Positions 31,097 through 41,043 of a stretch of 64,000 bases of DNA are shown in pieces (positions within the stretch are counted from its first letter, which is position 1; each line of letters starts with the position of its first letter). A program made the position numbers and the translations under genes. The stretch lies in NCBI GenBank assembly GCA_050293845.1, contig JBNKNM010000013.1, positions 1 to 64,000 of the forward strand, given 5' to 3'. The notes below the pieces were generated by a model. That model made no database searches, had not been told where the DNA came from, and saw only the letters and a list, made by a program, of their open reading frames with translations. Origin of the DNA: Pseudobacteriovorax sp. Lineage in GTDB: Bacteria; Bdellovibrionota_B; Oligoflexia; Oligoflexales; Oligoflexaceae.

Positions 31097-32025
31097 AGCC
31101 CTTTAATTAATTCTAGAGCCGCACTAGGAAACTGATTGGCCTGGCTTAATATCGCTGTGCCGGCCTGGAGTAGGATATTGGACTGGGTAAAACCTGCCGT
31201 CTCCATAGCAAAATCGGCATCAATAATGCGAGACCTTGCTGCCGTTAAGTTCTCAATCTGGACCCCTAGATTTCGGTCGGCAGAGGTAAGTCTATTTTGC
31301 ACAGATCCTATTTTGGAGCGATAGGACGCTACTCGCGTCAGTGCTTGGTCCAAGCGTCGCATGGAGTTCTGGGCCGATTCTTTGGAATCAACACGGGTCC
31401 CTGATTCGTTTTCTGGAGACCCAATTCCCAAGCCCATCTCTCCTTCGGTGCGCGCGTCTATTTTTGCCATATCAATTTTAATGATATTGACAGGATTTCG
31501 CGCCTCTATGTCGTCTGGTGGCTCTATATAATCTTTCCCTACCTGCATCTCTAAGGGTGGAGGATTGTGCCCCACAAGTAGTTCTTCAGCAATATCATCG
31601 CCTTCACCAATAAGGAGCCGCGTCCCATTGAATTCGGTTGCCAATACTATCCGGTCAACCTCATCCTTCAACGCCATAAACTCTTCATTGAGATAGCCTC
31701 TTTCCTGAAAGCCGATTGTATCAGACGCCGCCTGCACGGCCAGCTCCTTGAGCCTTACCATGATGCCTGTTACTTCTACCAATCCACCTTCTGCCACTTG
31801 CAGCATCGATATAGCATCATTGGCATTGCGCTTTGCTTGATAAAGGGAACGGATATCGGAGCGGAGATTCTCAGATATAGCTAACCCGGCCACATCATCC
31901 GCTGCTTTATTGATACGAAACCCTGAGGCTAACCTTTCGGCATGTTTGCCAAGTTTCGCTCTGGAATAGCTGAGATGACGTTGGGCAGAGAGCGACTGGA
32001 TGTTGGTCCGGATCCTTAAACCCAT
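31093..32025 (-). CDS. fliC: Flagellin
   Basis: RIRTN, SGFRINKAADD, NANDAISMLQ, TEFNG, RSKIGSVQNRL, SRIIDAD and QAN motifs. Confidence 0.95.
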   Translation of the reverse strand: MGLRIRTNIQSLSAQRHLSYSRAKLGKHAERLASGFRINKAADDVAGLAISENLRSDIRSLYQAKRNANDAISMLQVAEGGLVEVTGIMVRLKELAVQAASDTIGFQERGYLNEEFMALKDEVDRIVLATEFNGTRLLIGEGDDIAEELLVGHNPPPLEMQVGKDYIEPPDDIEARNPVNIIKIDMAKIDARTEGEMGLGIGSPENESGTRVDSKESAQNSMRRLDQALTRVASYRSKIGSVQNRLTSADRNLGVQIENLTAARSRIIDADFAMETAGFTQSNILLQAGTAILSQANQFPSAALELIKGL

Positions 32026-32030
32026 ATAGC

Positions 32031-32660
32031 CTACCGAGTTTGTTTTCTAACGGCGTACTTTAAGAATACAAAATTTTCAGATACTTGAGAAGATTGAAGG
32101 ATGAAATCTACGCTATGACTCAGTTTGGGTTCCACTAGAAAAGGAGCTTTATGGCGACCAACTACTTTGGGTGCTAGGGACAAAACAAGCTCGTCCACAA
32201 GACCTCGGGAGTAAAACCAGCTATTGACAAGACCACCACCAAACAGCAGCACCTGCTGGCATCGGTATGTGTGTAACTGTTGTATAGATTCAGCTACTGG
32301 GTCTTGGCTTACGATCATTTTCACATTAGGGTCAAAGCTCTGCAAGTCCTGGTTGCTAATAATGATACGTGGAATGTGGAATTGCTTCCAAAAGTGAAAG
32401 TGGGGGGGGATTTCTTTTTCAGCAAAAATAATCCATAGGGGTGGCTTACCCGACTTTCCCACGTGATCCAGGCATTCACCATTGGCTCGGATCGAACTAG
32501 CGCCAACTAAAATAGCATCGGCACCTTCAATTTGCCCTCGCAGTTGATGCTGATCTGCAGGTGACGACAATCCCCTTCCTTGCCGATCCAGATCTCCCTC
32601 AACCTTTTCAAGCCCGATACGGCCATCTAAACTTGATGCCATCACGTTTACAATTTTCAC
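32031..32660 (-). CDS. RibD C-terminal / DHFR-like reductase domain protein
   Basis: ASSLDGRI, DAILVGA, LLFGGG and GLVDEL motifs. Confidence 0.8.
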   Translation of the reverse strand: MKIVNVMASSLDGRIGLEKVEGDLDRQGRGLSSPADQHQLRGQIEGADAILVGASSIRANGECLDHVGKSGKPPLWIIFAEKEIPPHFHFWKQFHIPRIIISNQDLQSFDPNVKMIVSQDPVAESIQQLHTYRCQQVLLFGGGLVNSWFYSRGLVDELVLSLAPKVVGRHKAPFLVEPKLSHSVDFILQSSQVSENFVFLKYAVRKQTR

Positions 32661-32676
32661 CTATTGAGCTCTCCTC

Positions 32677-32702
32677 AAAAAAAAAAGAAGCTATTGCTTC
32701 TT
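32677..32702 (-). terminator. Intrinsic terminator between carD and the RibD-like gene
   Basis: Minus strand AAGAAGC-AATA-GCTTC followed by T10. Confidence 0.6.
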
Positions 32703-32803
32703 CTAGTTTTTAAGCCCGGAAAAGCTTTCAGAGATATTCCGTGCTAGCTGTTCAGACCTGGGTTTAGGGTCCTAGCTTGTTCAAACAGCATCATAACCGC
32801 AGA

Positions 32804-33295
32804 TTAACCAATATCATAGCCTTTTTCATCTACGATACGTTCAATTTCAGCTTCAGCAACGCTTCGCGCCGCTGCGATTTCTGAAACCAAGCGCGCTTTT
32901 GCCTTTTCCAACATTTCCTTTTCGCCAAATGATAGTTCTTTACCATCATCCTTATTACGCAGATCACGATAAACCTCGGCAATATCGTATATAGATCCTG
33001 AGTTAATCTTCTCATTGAACTCTTTTTTACGGCGATTCCAAACCATGGAATACGATTTGGCTGGGCTTGAAATTATATTAAAAATTTCAGTAATTTCTAA
33101 TTCATCCACTAGACAACGCACAATATTTGTGGTCGCTTGCTTAGGAAAACGGACTTTCAGCCCTGTAGCAAGAATTTTGAGAATATAATAGTCTTGCTTT
33201 TGGCCCCCAAGCTGGAGTATTTCAGTGCCTTGGATCTCACCGACGCCATGGGTTTTGTGAACGACTTTGTTACCACATTCTAATGCTATCTGCAT
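32804..33295 (-). CDS. CarD/CdnL family RNAP-binding transcription factor
   Basis: G.KVVH..HGVG, WNRR, SG...DIAEVYRDL and LSFGEKEML..A..RL.SE motifs. Confidence 0.92.
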   Translation of the reverse strand: MQIALECGNKVVHKTHGVGEIQGTEILQLGGQKQDYYILKILATGLKVRFPKQATTNIVRCLVDELEITEIFNIISSPAKSYSMVWNRRKKEFNEKINSGSIYDIAEVYRDLRNKDDGKELSFGEKEMLEKAKARLVSEIAAARSVAEAEIERIVDEKGYDIG

Positions 33296-33416
33296 AGTAT
33301 GCCTTTCTTCTTTTATACAAAATGTGGCGTAGCTATAGCTTTGTATATCAAGAGGTCGCGATAATCATGAATCCTAGGGTTAGATGCGTCAGCTACTACT
33401 ACGCAAACGTGACCTA

Positions 33417-33444
33417 ATAATACCCATATTCAGCCTTTTGTCAA
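33417..33444 (-). promoter_or_regulatory. Sigma70-type promoter of carD
   Basis: Minus strand TTGACA-N16-TATTAT. Confidence 0.55.
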
Positions 33445-33679
33445 TTTTTTAAAAAAAAGTTTTTATATTTTATAACCATAGCCCCTAGGTAGGGGATTCT
33501 TGCCGGTCGATTCTAGCACTAAATTTACTTGATTTGTAAAAGCAAGGCTTGCAATATAAGGCGAATTTAGCTACCTTCCCCTCCTGCGCTGGATGTCAAA
33601 AACTCCAGCATTGATAGGATATTCTTATAACAACCTGATATTAAAGAGATTCTGGCCCTGAAAGCAGGAAAGGATACAA

Positions 33680-33949
33680 ATGGCTCTCGCAAAAGTTCAA
33701 AAAGCTGAAATTATTGAGAAATTCGCAACAAAGACCGGAGATACAGCTTCTCCACAGGTTCAAATTGCCCTACTAACGAATCGTTTAACTCAACTTAACG
33801 AGCACTTTAAAGCTCATAAGAAAGATCACCACTCGCGTCTCGGCTTGCTGAAATTGGTCGGCCAACGCCGTCGCCTGCTCAAGTACCTCAGAAATAAGGA
33901 TCATGGGGCGTATAGGAGCCTTATTGAGCAGCTTGGTATCCGTAAATAA
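33680..33949 (+). CDS. rpsO: 30S ribosomal protein S15
   Basis: [23 protein letters not shown] and RRRLL.YL motifs. Confidence 0.98.
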   Translation: MALAKVQKAEIIEKFATKTGDTASPQVQIALLTNRLTQLNEHFKAHKKDHHSRLGLLKLVGQRRRLLKYLRNKDHGAYRSLIEQLGIRK

Positions 33950-34056
33950 TTAGTACTATAAGAAAGCGCCTTTATCTCCATTTAGTATCTTGATACTGTT
34001 GGTTAGTATAAAGGCGTTTTTAATTTGGGCAGGATGGCCAGTTTGATGGAGTAATT

Positions 34057-36147
34057 ATGGCAATAGTGAAAAAAGTTGTAGTCGGTGAAAAGACCATAAC
34101 TTTCGAGTTTAATAAATTTGCAAAATTAGCGAATGGTTCGGTTCTTGTAAGTTGTGGAGACACCCAGGTCCTAGTCACAGTTTGTGCCGCCGGCGAGGCT
34201 AAAGAAGGTCAAGACTTTTTTCCCCTTAGTGTCGACTATTTAGAGAAGTTTTATGCCGCAGGTCGCATTCCTGGTGGTTTTATAAAACGTGAGACCAAAC
34301 CGAGCGATATGGAAACCCTCACAGCTCGAGTGATTGATAGGCCTTTACGACCTAGCTTTCCTAAAGCTTACATGAACGAAACCCAGGTTGTCTGCACCGT
34401 ACTCTCAGCTGAGGCAACAAACCCACCAGCAACACTTGCCTTGATTGGTGCAAGTACCGCGATCATGATCTCTGATATACCTTTTAATGGTCCGGTAGCC
34501 GCCGTACGGGTCGGTCGTAAAGATGGCAAGTTTATTATCAACCCCCCTCTAGGCGAAGAAGGTGATTTGGATCTCAATATCGCCGCCAATCCCGACGCTG
34601 TTTTAATGGTTGAGGCTAGCGCCAACTTCCTATCCGAAGAGGAAATGATTGAGGCCATAAACTTTGCTCATGAGATGATGAAGCCCATCTTTGATATGCA
34701 AATAGAGGTGCAAAAGGAAATAGGTCAAGAGAAGATGGCAGTTCCGGAGCTAGCCTTCAACGAAGAGGTTTTCGCAGAAGTGAAGCAGCACTTGAGCTCT
34801 GCCCTTGTCGATGCTCTGACAGTGAAAGAGAAAAAACACCGTGGCAAGGCCCTTAAAGCTCTGCGTAAAAAGCTGGTAGAAGAGCTAGGCAGCGAAGGCG
34901 ATGAGCAACGCACCGGCGACCTTAAAGCCGCCTTTGATAAATTAGTTTATACAACCACCAGATCTATGATTCTAGATGAAGGTAAGCGTATCGATGGCCG
35001 TTCGCTGACCGAGGTCAGACCCATATCCTGTGAAACCAGGTTATTGAAGCGGTCCCATGGTTCCGCGCTGTTTACCCGGGGTGAAACCCAAGCTTTGGCG
35101 GTAGTTACTCTAGGGTCAAGCGAAGATGAACAACGGATGGATACCATACTACAAAAAGATATCAGCAAGAAGTTCTTACTACACTATAACTTCCCTCCTT
35201 ATTCCGTAGGCGAAGCACGCTTTCTTAGAGCTCCAGGTCGTCGTGAGATCGGACATGGTGCCCTAGCTGAAAAAGCTCTCATTAGGGTCATTCCTCATGA
35301 CGGTAGCACCTTCAAATACACCATACGCCTCGTGTCAGAAATTTTAGAGTCCAATGGCTCCTCTTCTATGGCCACCGTATGTGCAGGTACCATGGCATTG
35401 CTCGATGCCGGAGTACCTTTGAAACAGCCTATTGCCGGTATTGCTATGGGCCTTGTGAAGGAAGGGGATAAATACGCTGTCTTGTCCGATATACTGGGTG
35501 ACGAGGATCATCTTGGTGACATGGACTTTAAAGTGACAGGCAGCGAAAATGGTATCACAGCCTTGCAAATGGATATTAAAATTGATGGCCTTTCCAAAGA
35601 CATCCTCAGCCAGGCTCTTGAGCAGGCCAAAGAAGGACGACGCCATATCCTAGCTAAACTAACGGGACAGATTACCGAGCCTGCTGAGCTTTCTGATTAT
35701 GCTCCCCGTATCTTTAACATGAAGGTTAAAGAGGACAAAATCAGAGATATTATCGGACCCGGTGGCAAAACCATCAAAAAAATCATCCAAGAAACTGGCG
35801 TTAAGATTGACATTAATGATGACGGTATCGTCGATATTATTGCTCCTACCAGTACCTCTGCCGAAGAAGCAAAAAAGGTTATTCGCTCTATTACAGCGGA
35901 CCCCGAGGTTGGGGCCATCTATATGGGTACAGTGAAAAAAATCGTCGACTTCGGTGCTTTTGTTGAAATCAGGCCGGGACTTGAAGGTTTGTTACATATC
36001 TCGCAGCTTGATACGAAGCGAGTGCAGCAGGTTACAGATGTTCTAAAAGAAAAAGAGCAGGTTTTGGTAAAAATTATTGATGTTGATCGCCAAGGTAAAA
36101 TCAAGCTTAGCCGAAAAGAAGCTTTGGGGCAAAAACCTACGCACTAA
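34057..36147 (+). CDS. pnp: Polyribonucleotide nucleotidyltransferase
   Basis: DFFPL, RREIGHG, SNGSSS and DMDFKV motifs, plus KH and S1 domains. Confidence 0.98.
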   Translation: MAIVKKVVVGEKTITFEFNKFAKLANGSVLVSCGDTQVLVTVCAAGEAKEGQDFFPLSVDYLEKFYAAGRIPGGFIKRETKPSDMETLTARVIDRPLRPSFPKAYMNETQVVCTVLSAEATNPPATLALIGASTAIMISDIPFNGPVAAVRVGRKDGKFIINPPLGEEGDLDLNIAANPDAVLMVEASANFLSEEEMIEAINFAHEMMKPIFDMQIEVQKEIGQEKMAVPELAFNEEVFAEVKQHLSSALVDALTVKEKKHRGKALKALRKKLVEELGSEGDEQRTGDLKAAFDKLVYTTTRSMILDEGKRIDGRSLTEVRPISCETRLLKRSHGSALFTRGETQALAVVTLGSSEDEQRMDTILQKDISKKFLLHYNFPPYSVGEARFLRAPGRREIGHGALAEKALIRVIPHDGSTFKYTIRLVSEILESNGSSSMATVCAGTMALLDAGVPLKQPIAGIAMGLVKEGDKYAVLSDILGDEDHLGDMDFKVTGSENGITALQMDIKIDGLSKDILSQALEQAKEGRRHILAKLTGQITEPAELSDYAPRIFNMKVKEDKIRDIIGPGGKTIKKIIQETGVKIDINDDGIVDIIAPTSTSAEEAKKVIRSITADPEVGAIYMGTVKKIVDFGAFVEIRPGLEGLLHISQLDTKRVQQVTDVLKEKEQVLVKIIDVDRQGKIKLSRKEALGQKPTH

Positions 36148-36158
36148 GGAATAGCACC

Positions 36159-36587
36159 ATGATCAAGTTGCGATTTGCTGAGTCGTGTGAACCTCAATAC
36201 ATGACAGCCCATAGCGCTGCATGTGATTTATACTCCCGGGAAGCATGTTCCATCAGACCCGGGAAGGTCGCTAAAGTTCCGGTTGGGGTTTGGATTGATG
36301 CTGTGGCTTGGGATAAAGTGCCCTCTGGTACTATTCCTGAACTTCAAATTCGCGCCCGGTCGGGCCTTTCTTTTAAACATAGCATCATGCTAGCAAACGG
36401 CGTGGGAACAGTTGACGCTGACTATCCCGATGAAATCTGCGTGCTACTTTTTAACGGCAGCCAAGAGACCTTCACGGTAGAAAAGGGTATGCGCATTGGG
36501 CAGATGGCCTTAGGAATACTGCATCGCATCCCTCAGCTTCAGGTAGGTGGAAAAAGAACCGGGGGGTTTGGCTCCACCAGGGTTTAG
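36159..36587 (+). CDS. dut: dUTP diphosphatase
   Basis: RSGL, GTVDADY, RIGQ and R.GGFGST motifs. Confidence 0.93.
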   Translation: MIKLRFAESCEPQYMTAHSAACDLYSREACSIRPGKVAKVPVGVWIDAVAWDKVPSGTIPELQIRARSGLSFKHSIMLANGVGTVDADYPDEICVLLFNGSQETFTVEKGMRIGQMALGILHRIPQLQVGGKRTGGFGSTRV

Positions 36588-38344
36588 CGAAGCACTGTGA
36601 GTGGCTTTGCCACCCTTTCTGACTCCAGGGCCTTGGCTACCATAGCCTTACCCTGTTCCCAATTCCCATCCTTCAAATGGAGCTGCCCCAATGCCATGAT
36701 AATACAGGGCAAATCTCCCATCAGAAGTTGAAATTGCTCAAGAACACGAATGGGCTCTTTGATCTGCTCACACTCCAAACAAGCCTGAGTCAGCTCCAAT
36801 AAAACTTTTTCGTTAGTAGGGTTCACAGTGAGGCTGCTATTTAACCAGTATATAGCATCTTCCGGCATACCTAACATGCGATAGACCATACCAATTCCTG
36901 CCAGAGCTTCTGGTTGATGAGGCTTTAAAGCTAGTACCCGCTTATAGAAAGCTACAGCATCTTCTTCGGAGTGAGATATGAGAGATACCTTAGCTAAGGT
37001 TAAATAGGCTTTCCAGTTCTCGTTATCAAACTGCACGGATCGCCCTAAATGGTCGATAGCCATTTCCAAGTCCCCACAACTGAAGTGAAGGGAGCCAAGC
37101 TCAAAGTAAGCCTGCGAAAGCTGGTCCTCAGATTGATTAATATTAATGATTTCGTGTACAACAGATATCGCTTCCTTATATTTCCTCACTTCCTTACAGG
37201 CTGCAACCAATTGCCACTTGTCATAGAGATCCATGTCCGATGTTTTGCCTGTCATAAGTGATCCTTTAATAGAGCAATTTAAAATCCTAGCAATTTTTAA
37301 AATATCACCAGAAAAATCTGATGTATCATTCTGCGTCATGCGCATCTTAAGCCGCTGATTCCTTAAAGAGAATGCTTTTTGGAAGCCAATGGCAATGTCT
37401 TGAAATGAAAAAGATTTCAATGGGATAGCATCCTCTGGCATATGCTCGGACAGGATCGTCCCCACATGGTATATACCTGTAGCCCCAAAAGTAATCGCTT
37501 CGACTGCAGTAGGAATATATTCTTTCTGTGATTGAGAATTCGCATCAAAAACAGCATCCGCTGCCGAAGAAAGATCTTGAAAAAAGCCACCTGAGTTCTG
37601 GTTTAGTAATAAGATCTGACGTGAAATTCCCAAATCCGAAGCGAAGTACCTTAAGTTAGGCATATCTCCCCGATAGGAGATGAGAACCTTTGTCGCCGTT
37701 CCCCACTCTGGAATTTTTTGCATAAGCATTTTAAAGGCTAGCATCACCTCTCTACCCGCCAGCTCATCCTCACCAATAAAACTCAATATTAAAAACTCGT
37801 TGTCTGTGACATTAATATATGAACGGAACTTTTGACGTTTTTTCATACAAAACCCGGCCCCCCGGATAAACTGTGGCCTCACCAGTTCAACATTTTTGGC
37901 TCCTTCTAACTCCAATAATTCCTTGCCACCACGGTGCATCGTCAGCACAAAAGAGCTATGTTCAAAAATTTCCCGCATCATGGCTACCTCTTGACATGAA
38001 TCTGATAGCATCGGGAGAAAGCTAAGGTTGGAAATAAGTCCAAAGGGTTTCTTCCATTTCCGTGAGGCTCTCAAGGCTTGAAAGCAAGAAAGAGAAATAG
38101 GGTTAACTGCTAGTATAAGATCGGCCTGAGATAAATCATCAGTCAAACCGCGCAAATAACCAGGCATTTCTGGAATATGTTCATATAATTTAATGGGTAC
38201 ACTGGATTTAATATCATTTAAATCTTCAGCTTTACCAGGAGTTGCTATTTCCCACCTAAAACCTGGAATTGCTTCAAAGGTAGACAAAAGATAAAAATCC
38301 TTTTTATCTGAAAGTACGACTACTATTTTTTTCGTTCCATCCAT
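36584..38344 (-). CDS. Degenerate GT-B glycosyltransferase-like domain fused to C-terminal TPR repeats
   Basis: N-terminal GT4-like pattern (RQKFR...FLILSFIG, SAADAV...VEAITFG) and clear TPRs from about residue 375. Confidence 0.6.
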   Translation of the reverse strand: MDGTKKIVVVLSDKKDFYLLSTFEAIPGFRWEIATPGKAEDLNDIKSSVPIKLYEHIPEMPGYLRGLTDDLSQADLILAVNPISLSCFQALRASRKWKKPFGLISNLSFLPMLSDSCQEVAMMREIFEHSSFVLTMHRGGKELLELEGAKNVELVRPQFIRGAGFCMKKRQKFRSYINVTDNEFLILSFIGEDELAGREVMLAFKMLMQKIPEWGTATKVLISYRGDMPNLRYFASDLGISRQILLLNQNSGGFFQDLSSAADAVFDANSQSQKEYIPTAVEAITFGATGIYHVGTILSEHMPEDAIPLKSFSFQDIAIGFQKAFSLRNQRLKMRMTQNDTSDFSGDILKIARILNCSIKGSLMTGKTSDMDLYDKWQLVAACKEVRKYKEAISVVHEIININQSEDQLSQAYFELGSLHFSCGDLEMAIDHLGRSVQFDNENWKAYLTLAKVSLISHSEEDAVAFYKRVLALKPHQPEALAGIGMVYRMLGMPEDAIYWLNSSLTVNPTNEKVLLELTQACLECEQIKEPIRVLEQFQLLMGDLPCIIMALGQLHLKDGNWEQGKAMVAKALESERVAKPLTVLR

Positions 38345-38365
38345 GGAATCTACCTTAAAGAAATA

Positions 38366-40810
38366 CTAGTTAGGTTTTGCCTTCACAAAGTGATTTTTAA
38401 TGAACGGCTGTAAGTGCTCTTTGGTATCAATTGTCAGACCTAAATGTAAACTATGGGAGATTAGTTTTTTCGAAACCTTCACAGGGAAACGAAATCGTTT
38501 CTCGGATCTGCCTTTCAAGTATTTAGCAGCAATCTGACTTTTTTCAAAATGGATCTGTTGACCCGCAAAATTACTCAAAGAGGCCAGAATATTGTGAGCG
38601 GTTATATCAGAGTTATTCTTAACGATCACTTCCAAAGTAGCGCTTTCTCCAGCTTCCAGTAAACCATCCTCCAAACCGCCTTGTTCATCAACCAAAGATA
38701 GCGAGTATTCAATATCTGGTTTTTCAGAAGGAACTACTTTCATATTAAATTCTTGAAACATACCCGGAATCGGATTTGCATCAGAAGCAATCCCCATTCT
38801 AATATGGTAGGAGTTTTCCCTGGCTGGCAATGACACTTCGAAGTCGAAATAACCTTTTAAATAGCCTTTTGCCGGAATCGTTCCCACAAGTTTTTCCTTA
38901 GCAGATATTTGACTGTTTTGAGAATAAATATAGACAGCAGTATTATAAAGAGGTGTATTGCCATAATTTTTTATTAGAAAGGGGATTTTTACAAAATCTC
39001 CTTCTTTAATATTTCGATGATTTCGTTTTGGCAATTTAAGCAAAGCTCGAGGAAGTTTTTTCAGAGTGGACGGTAAATTCCAGGGAATTTTATGCTCGTC
39101 TGTTAGATATCGCGTCACTTCACTACTACTATTGCGTACTGTTCTTCTTATGGTTTTAGAATTTTTTGCTAACAAATAGGAAGCGCGCTTCAGGTTCACC
39201 CATTCCTCAGGACGGTACTTTCGATATGTATTGGCAAATATTTTATAGGCCAAATTGCGTTCAAAATCATCATCTCTTTCGAGATAATAAAGCTTGTGAT
39301 CGGGATAGGACCGTACTGGTCGAAAATTTTTCAATGAATTTCCTAAAAACCGCTCACTCCCATAGCGACTAGTTCCTAGTAGGTCGTAGTTATCTTCATG
39401 CTCTTTGACTGGCTGCGTCCAAATATCAGGCATAATTCCACTGTTCTGAATAGACTTCCCTGAAGGGGTAAAATATCTGGCGATAGTCAATTTTAGAGCT
39501 TGATTGGCGGGTAGTTCAAATACAGTTTGCACAGATCCTTTTCCAAAAGTCGGTTGACCGATAATAAGAGCACGATTATTATCCTGGAGGGCACCGGCTA
39601 GAATTTCACTAGCTGAAGCGGTATTGTTATCAACGATAACAATAACTGGCAATTGGCAGTCGCTCTTATCTCTATAAGCAATTTCAAACTCAGGTTTTCT
39701 TCCTTCAGTGGAGACAATGGTTCCTGAATCCATAAATATATCAGAAGCTTTAACTGCCTGATCCAATAAGCCTCCCGGATTACCACGGAGATCTATGATA
39801 ATGCCATCTAAATCTTTTCTTTCACTATTACGTGTAATCGAGCCAGCAATTTCTTCAGCTGTTCTTGAGGAAAAACCATCTATTTGAATTTCTAGTATCC
39901 TGCGATTGTCACCAATATTTTTAACGCTTTCGGTGAGCGAATCAACCTGAATAACCTCTCTGCGAATGCGTAGCTCACGAGGTGCTAATTCTCCGTTGCG
40001 CAGAAGAGATAATTTAACCTCAGTTCCTGGGTCCCCCCTCATATGCTGCACTAAATTCTGTAAGCTAGTACCAAAAGTACTAACTTCGTTGATAAATACT
40101 ATGCGATCGTTTCCCGAAATTCCGGCTTTCGCGGCAGGTGACTTTGGCAGAGGTTTAATAACTGTCAGGACATTATCCTGCATACCAACCACAACGCCAA
40201 GCCCTCCAAAAGAACCCTCTGTACCCTGTCTCAGTTCTCGATAATCCTCTGAATCCATTAAGCTGCTGTGGGGGTCTAGACTTCTTAGCAAAGAGTTGAG
40301 AAATACAAATACCCCTGGATTCTTAACTTCATAGTATTCACTTATATTCAAGATATGCAAAGGAATCTTCTGCAGGAACTTAGTAATTTCTACAGCATCT
40401 TGAATGAGTCTATCGTAGGAATAATGGCCTGATAAATCTAGGTGCTTATGTAGATTTTTGTATTTTAAAAGGATCTTATCACGACCTAACGAAACTCCGA
40501 TTTTATAATGATCTTGGAGAAAGGACATGGTACTTAACATCAGACCTTTCTCATTGTTTGCCCGCCCCTCATCTACATAGTAGTTTTGAACTATTGTTAG
40601 AATCGCATCGATGAGAATAGTACTGGAAAGAGTTTCTTGAGATAGAAGATCCCGTTGTCCCATTTCCTGCAACGGCTCAGCATCCCGGGCTGGCATGCTG
40701 AAGCTTTGGATTTCAATGGATTTTTTAAAAACTCTTGCCGAGGCAAATGAGACTACCACGCCAAGCAGAATTCCCGCAGCCAGAGTCGCAATCTTTGAAA
40801 AATAGCGCAT
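38366..40810 (-). CDS. S41 C-terminal processing protease with PDZ and C-terminal Ig-like domains
   Basis: LDPHS, GLGVVV, DLRGNPGGLL, TASASEI, GKGSVQ and LTIARYFTPSG motifs. Confidence 0.92.
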   Translation of the reverse strand: MRYFSKIATLAAGILLGVVVSFASARVFKKSIEIQSFSMPARDAEPLQEMGQRDLLSQETLSSTILIDAILTIVQNYYVDEGRANNEKGLMLSTMSFLQDHYKIGVSLGRDKILLKYKNLHKHLDLSGHYSYDRLIQDAVEITKFLQKIPLHILNISEYYEVKNPGVFVFLNSLLRSLDPHSSLMDSEDYRELRQGTEGSFGGLGVVVGMQDNVLTVIKPLPKSPAAKAGISGNDRIVFINEVSTFGTSLQNLVQHMRGDPGTEVKLSLLRNGELAPRELRIRREVIQVDSLTESVKNIGDNRRILEIQIDGFSSRTAEEIAGSITRNSERKDLDGIIIDLRGNPGGLLDQAVKASDIFMDSGTIVSTEGRKPEFEIAYRDKSDCQLPVIVIVDNNTASASEILAGALQDNNRALIIGQPTFGKGSVQTVFELPANQALKLTIARYFTPSGKSIQNSGIMPDIWTQPVKEHEDNYDLLGTSRYGSERFLGNSLKNFRPVRSYPDHKLYYLERDDDFERNLAYKIFANTYRKYRPEEWVNLKRASYLLAKNSKTIRRTVRNSSSEVTRYLTDEHKIPWNLPSTLKKLPRALLKLPKRNHRNIKEGDFVKIPFLIKNYGNTPLYNTAVYIYSQNSQISAKEKLVGTIPAKGYLKGYFDFEVSLPARENSYHIRMGIASDANPIPGMFQEFNMKVVPSEKPDIEYSLSLVDEQGGLEDGLLEAGESATLEVIVKNNSDITAHNILASLSNFAGQQIHFEKSQIAAKYLKGRSEKRFRFPVKVSKKLISHSLHLGLTIDTKEHLQPFIKNHFVKAKPN

Positions 40811-41043
40811 AAAATTTCTCCTGCATGCTCTATCGACGAGAATTCGATTTTTATTAATCTTGTGAAAGTCAGGAAAAGGCGATTTGCTATTTAAATTGCA
40901 ATCTCAAGCAAAAAATTTAAACTGGCCAAGCATCCAATTTAACTTAATAAAAATATTTTTTTATGTTTTTTTTAATTTATTTAGTTATTTGCTAAATTTC
41001 TCTTATAAAAATCCGAAAACGAGATGAAACGACTTCTAGCAAA

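Noticed and set aside
19967..32025. csrA plus flagellin as a TldR (dead TnpB) RNA-guided flagellin system
   Set aside because: There is no TnpB-like ORF or prophage. csrA-fliW after flgKL is the ordinary arrangement.
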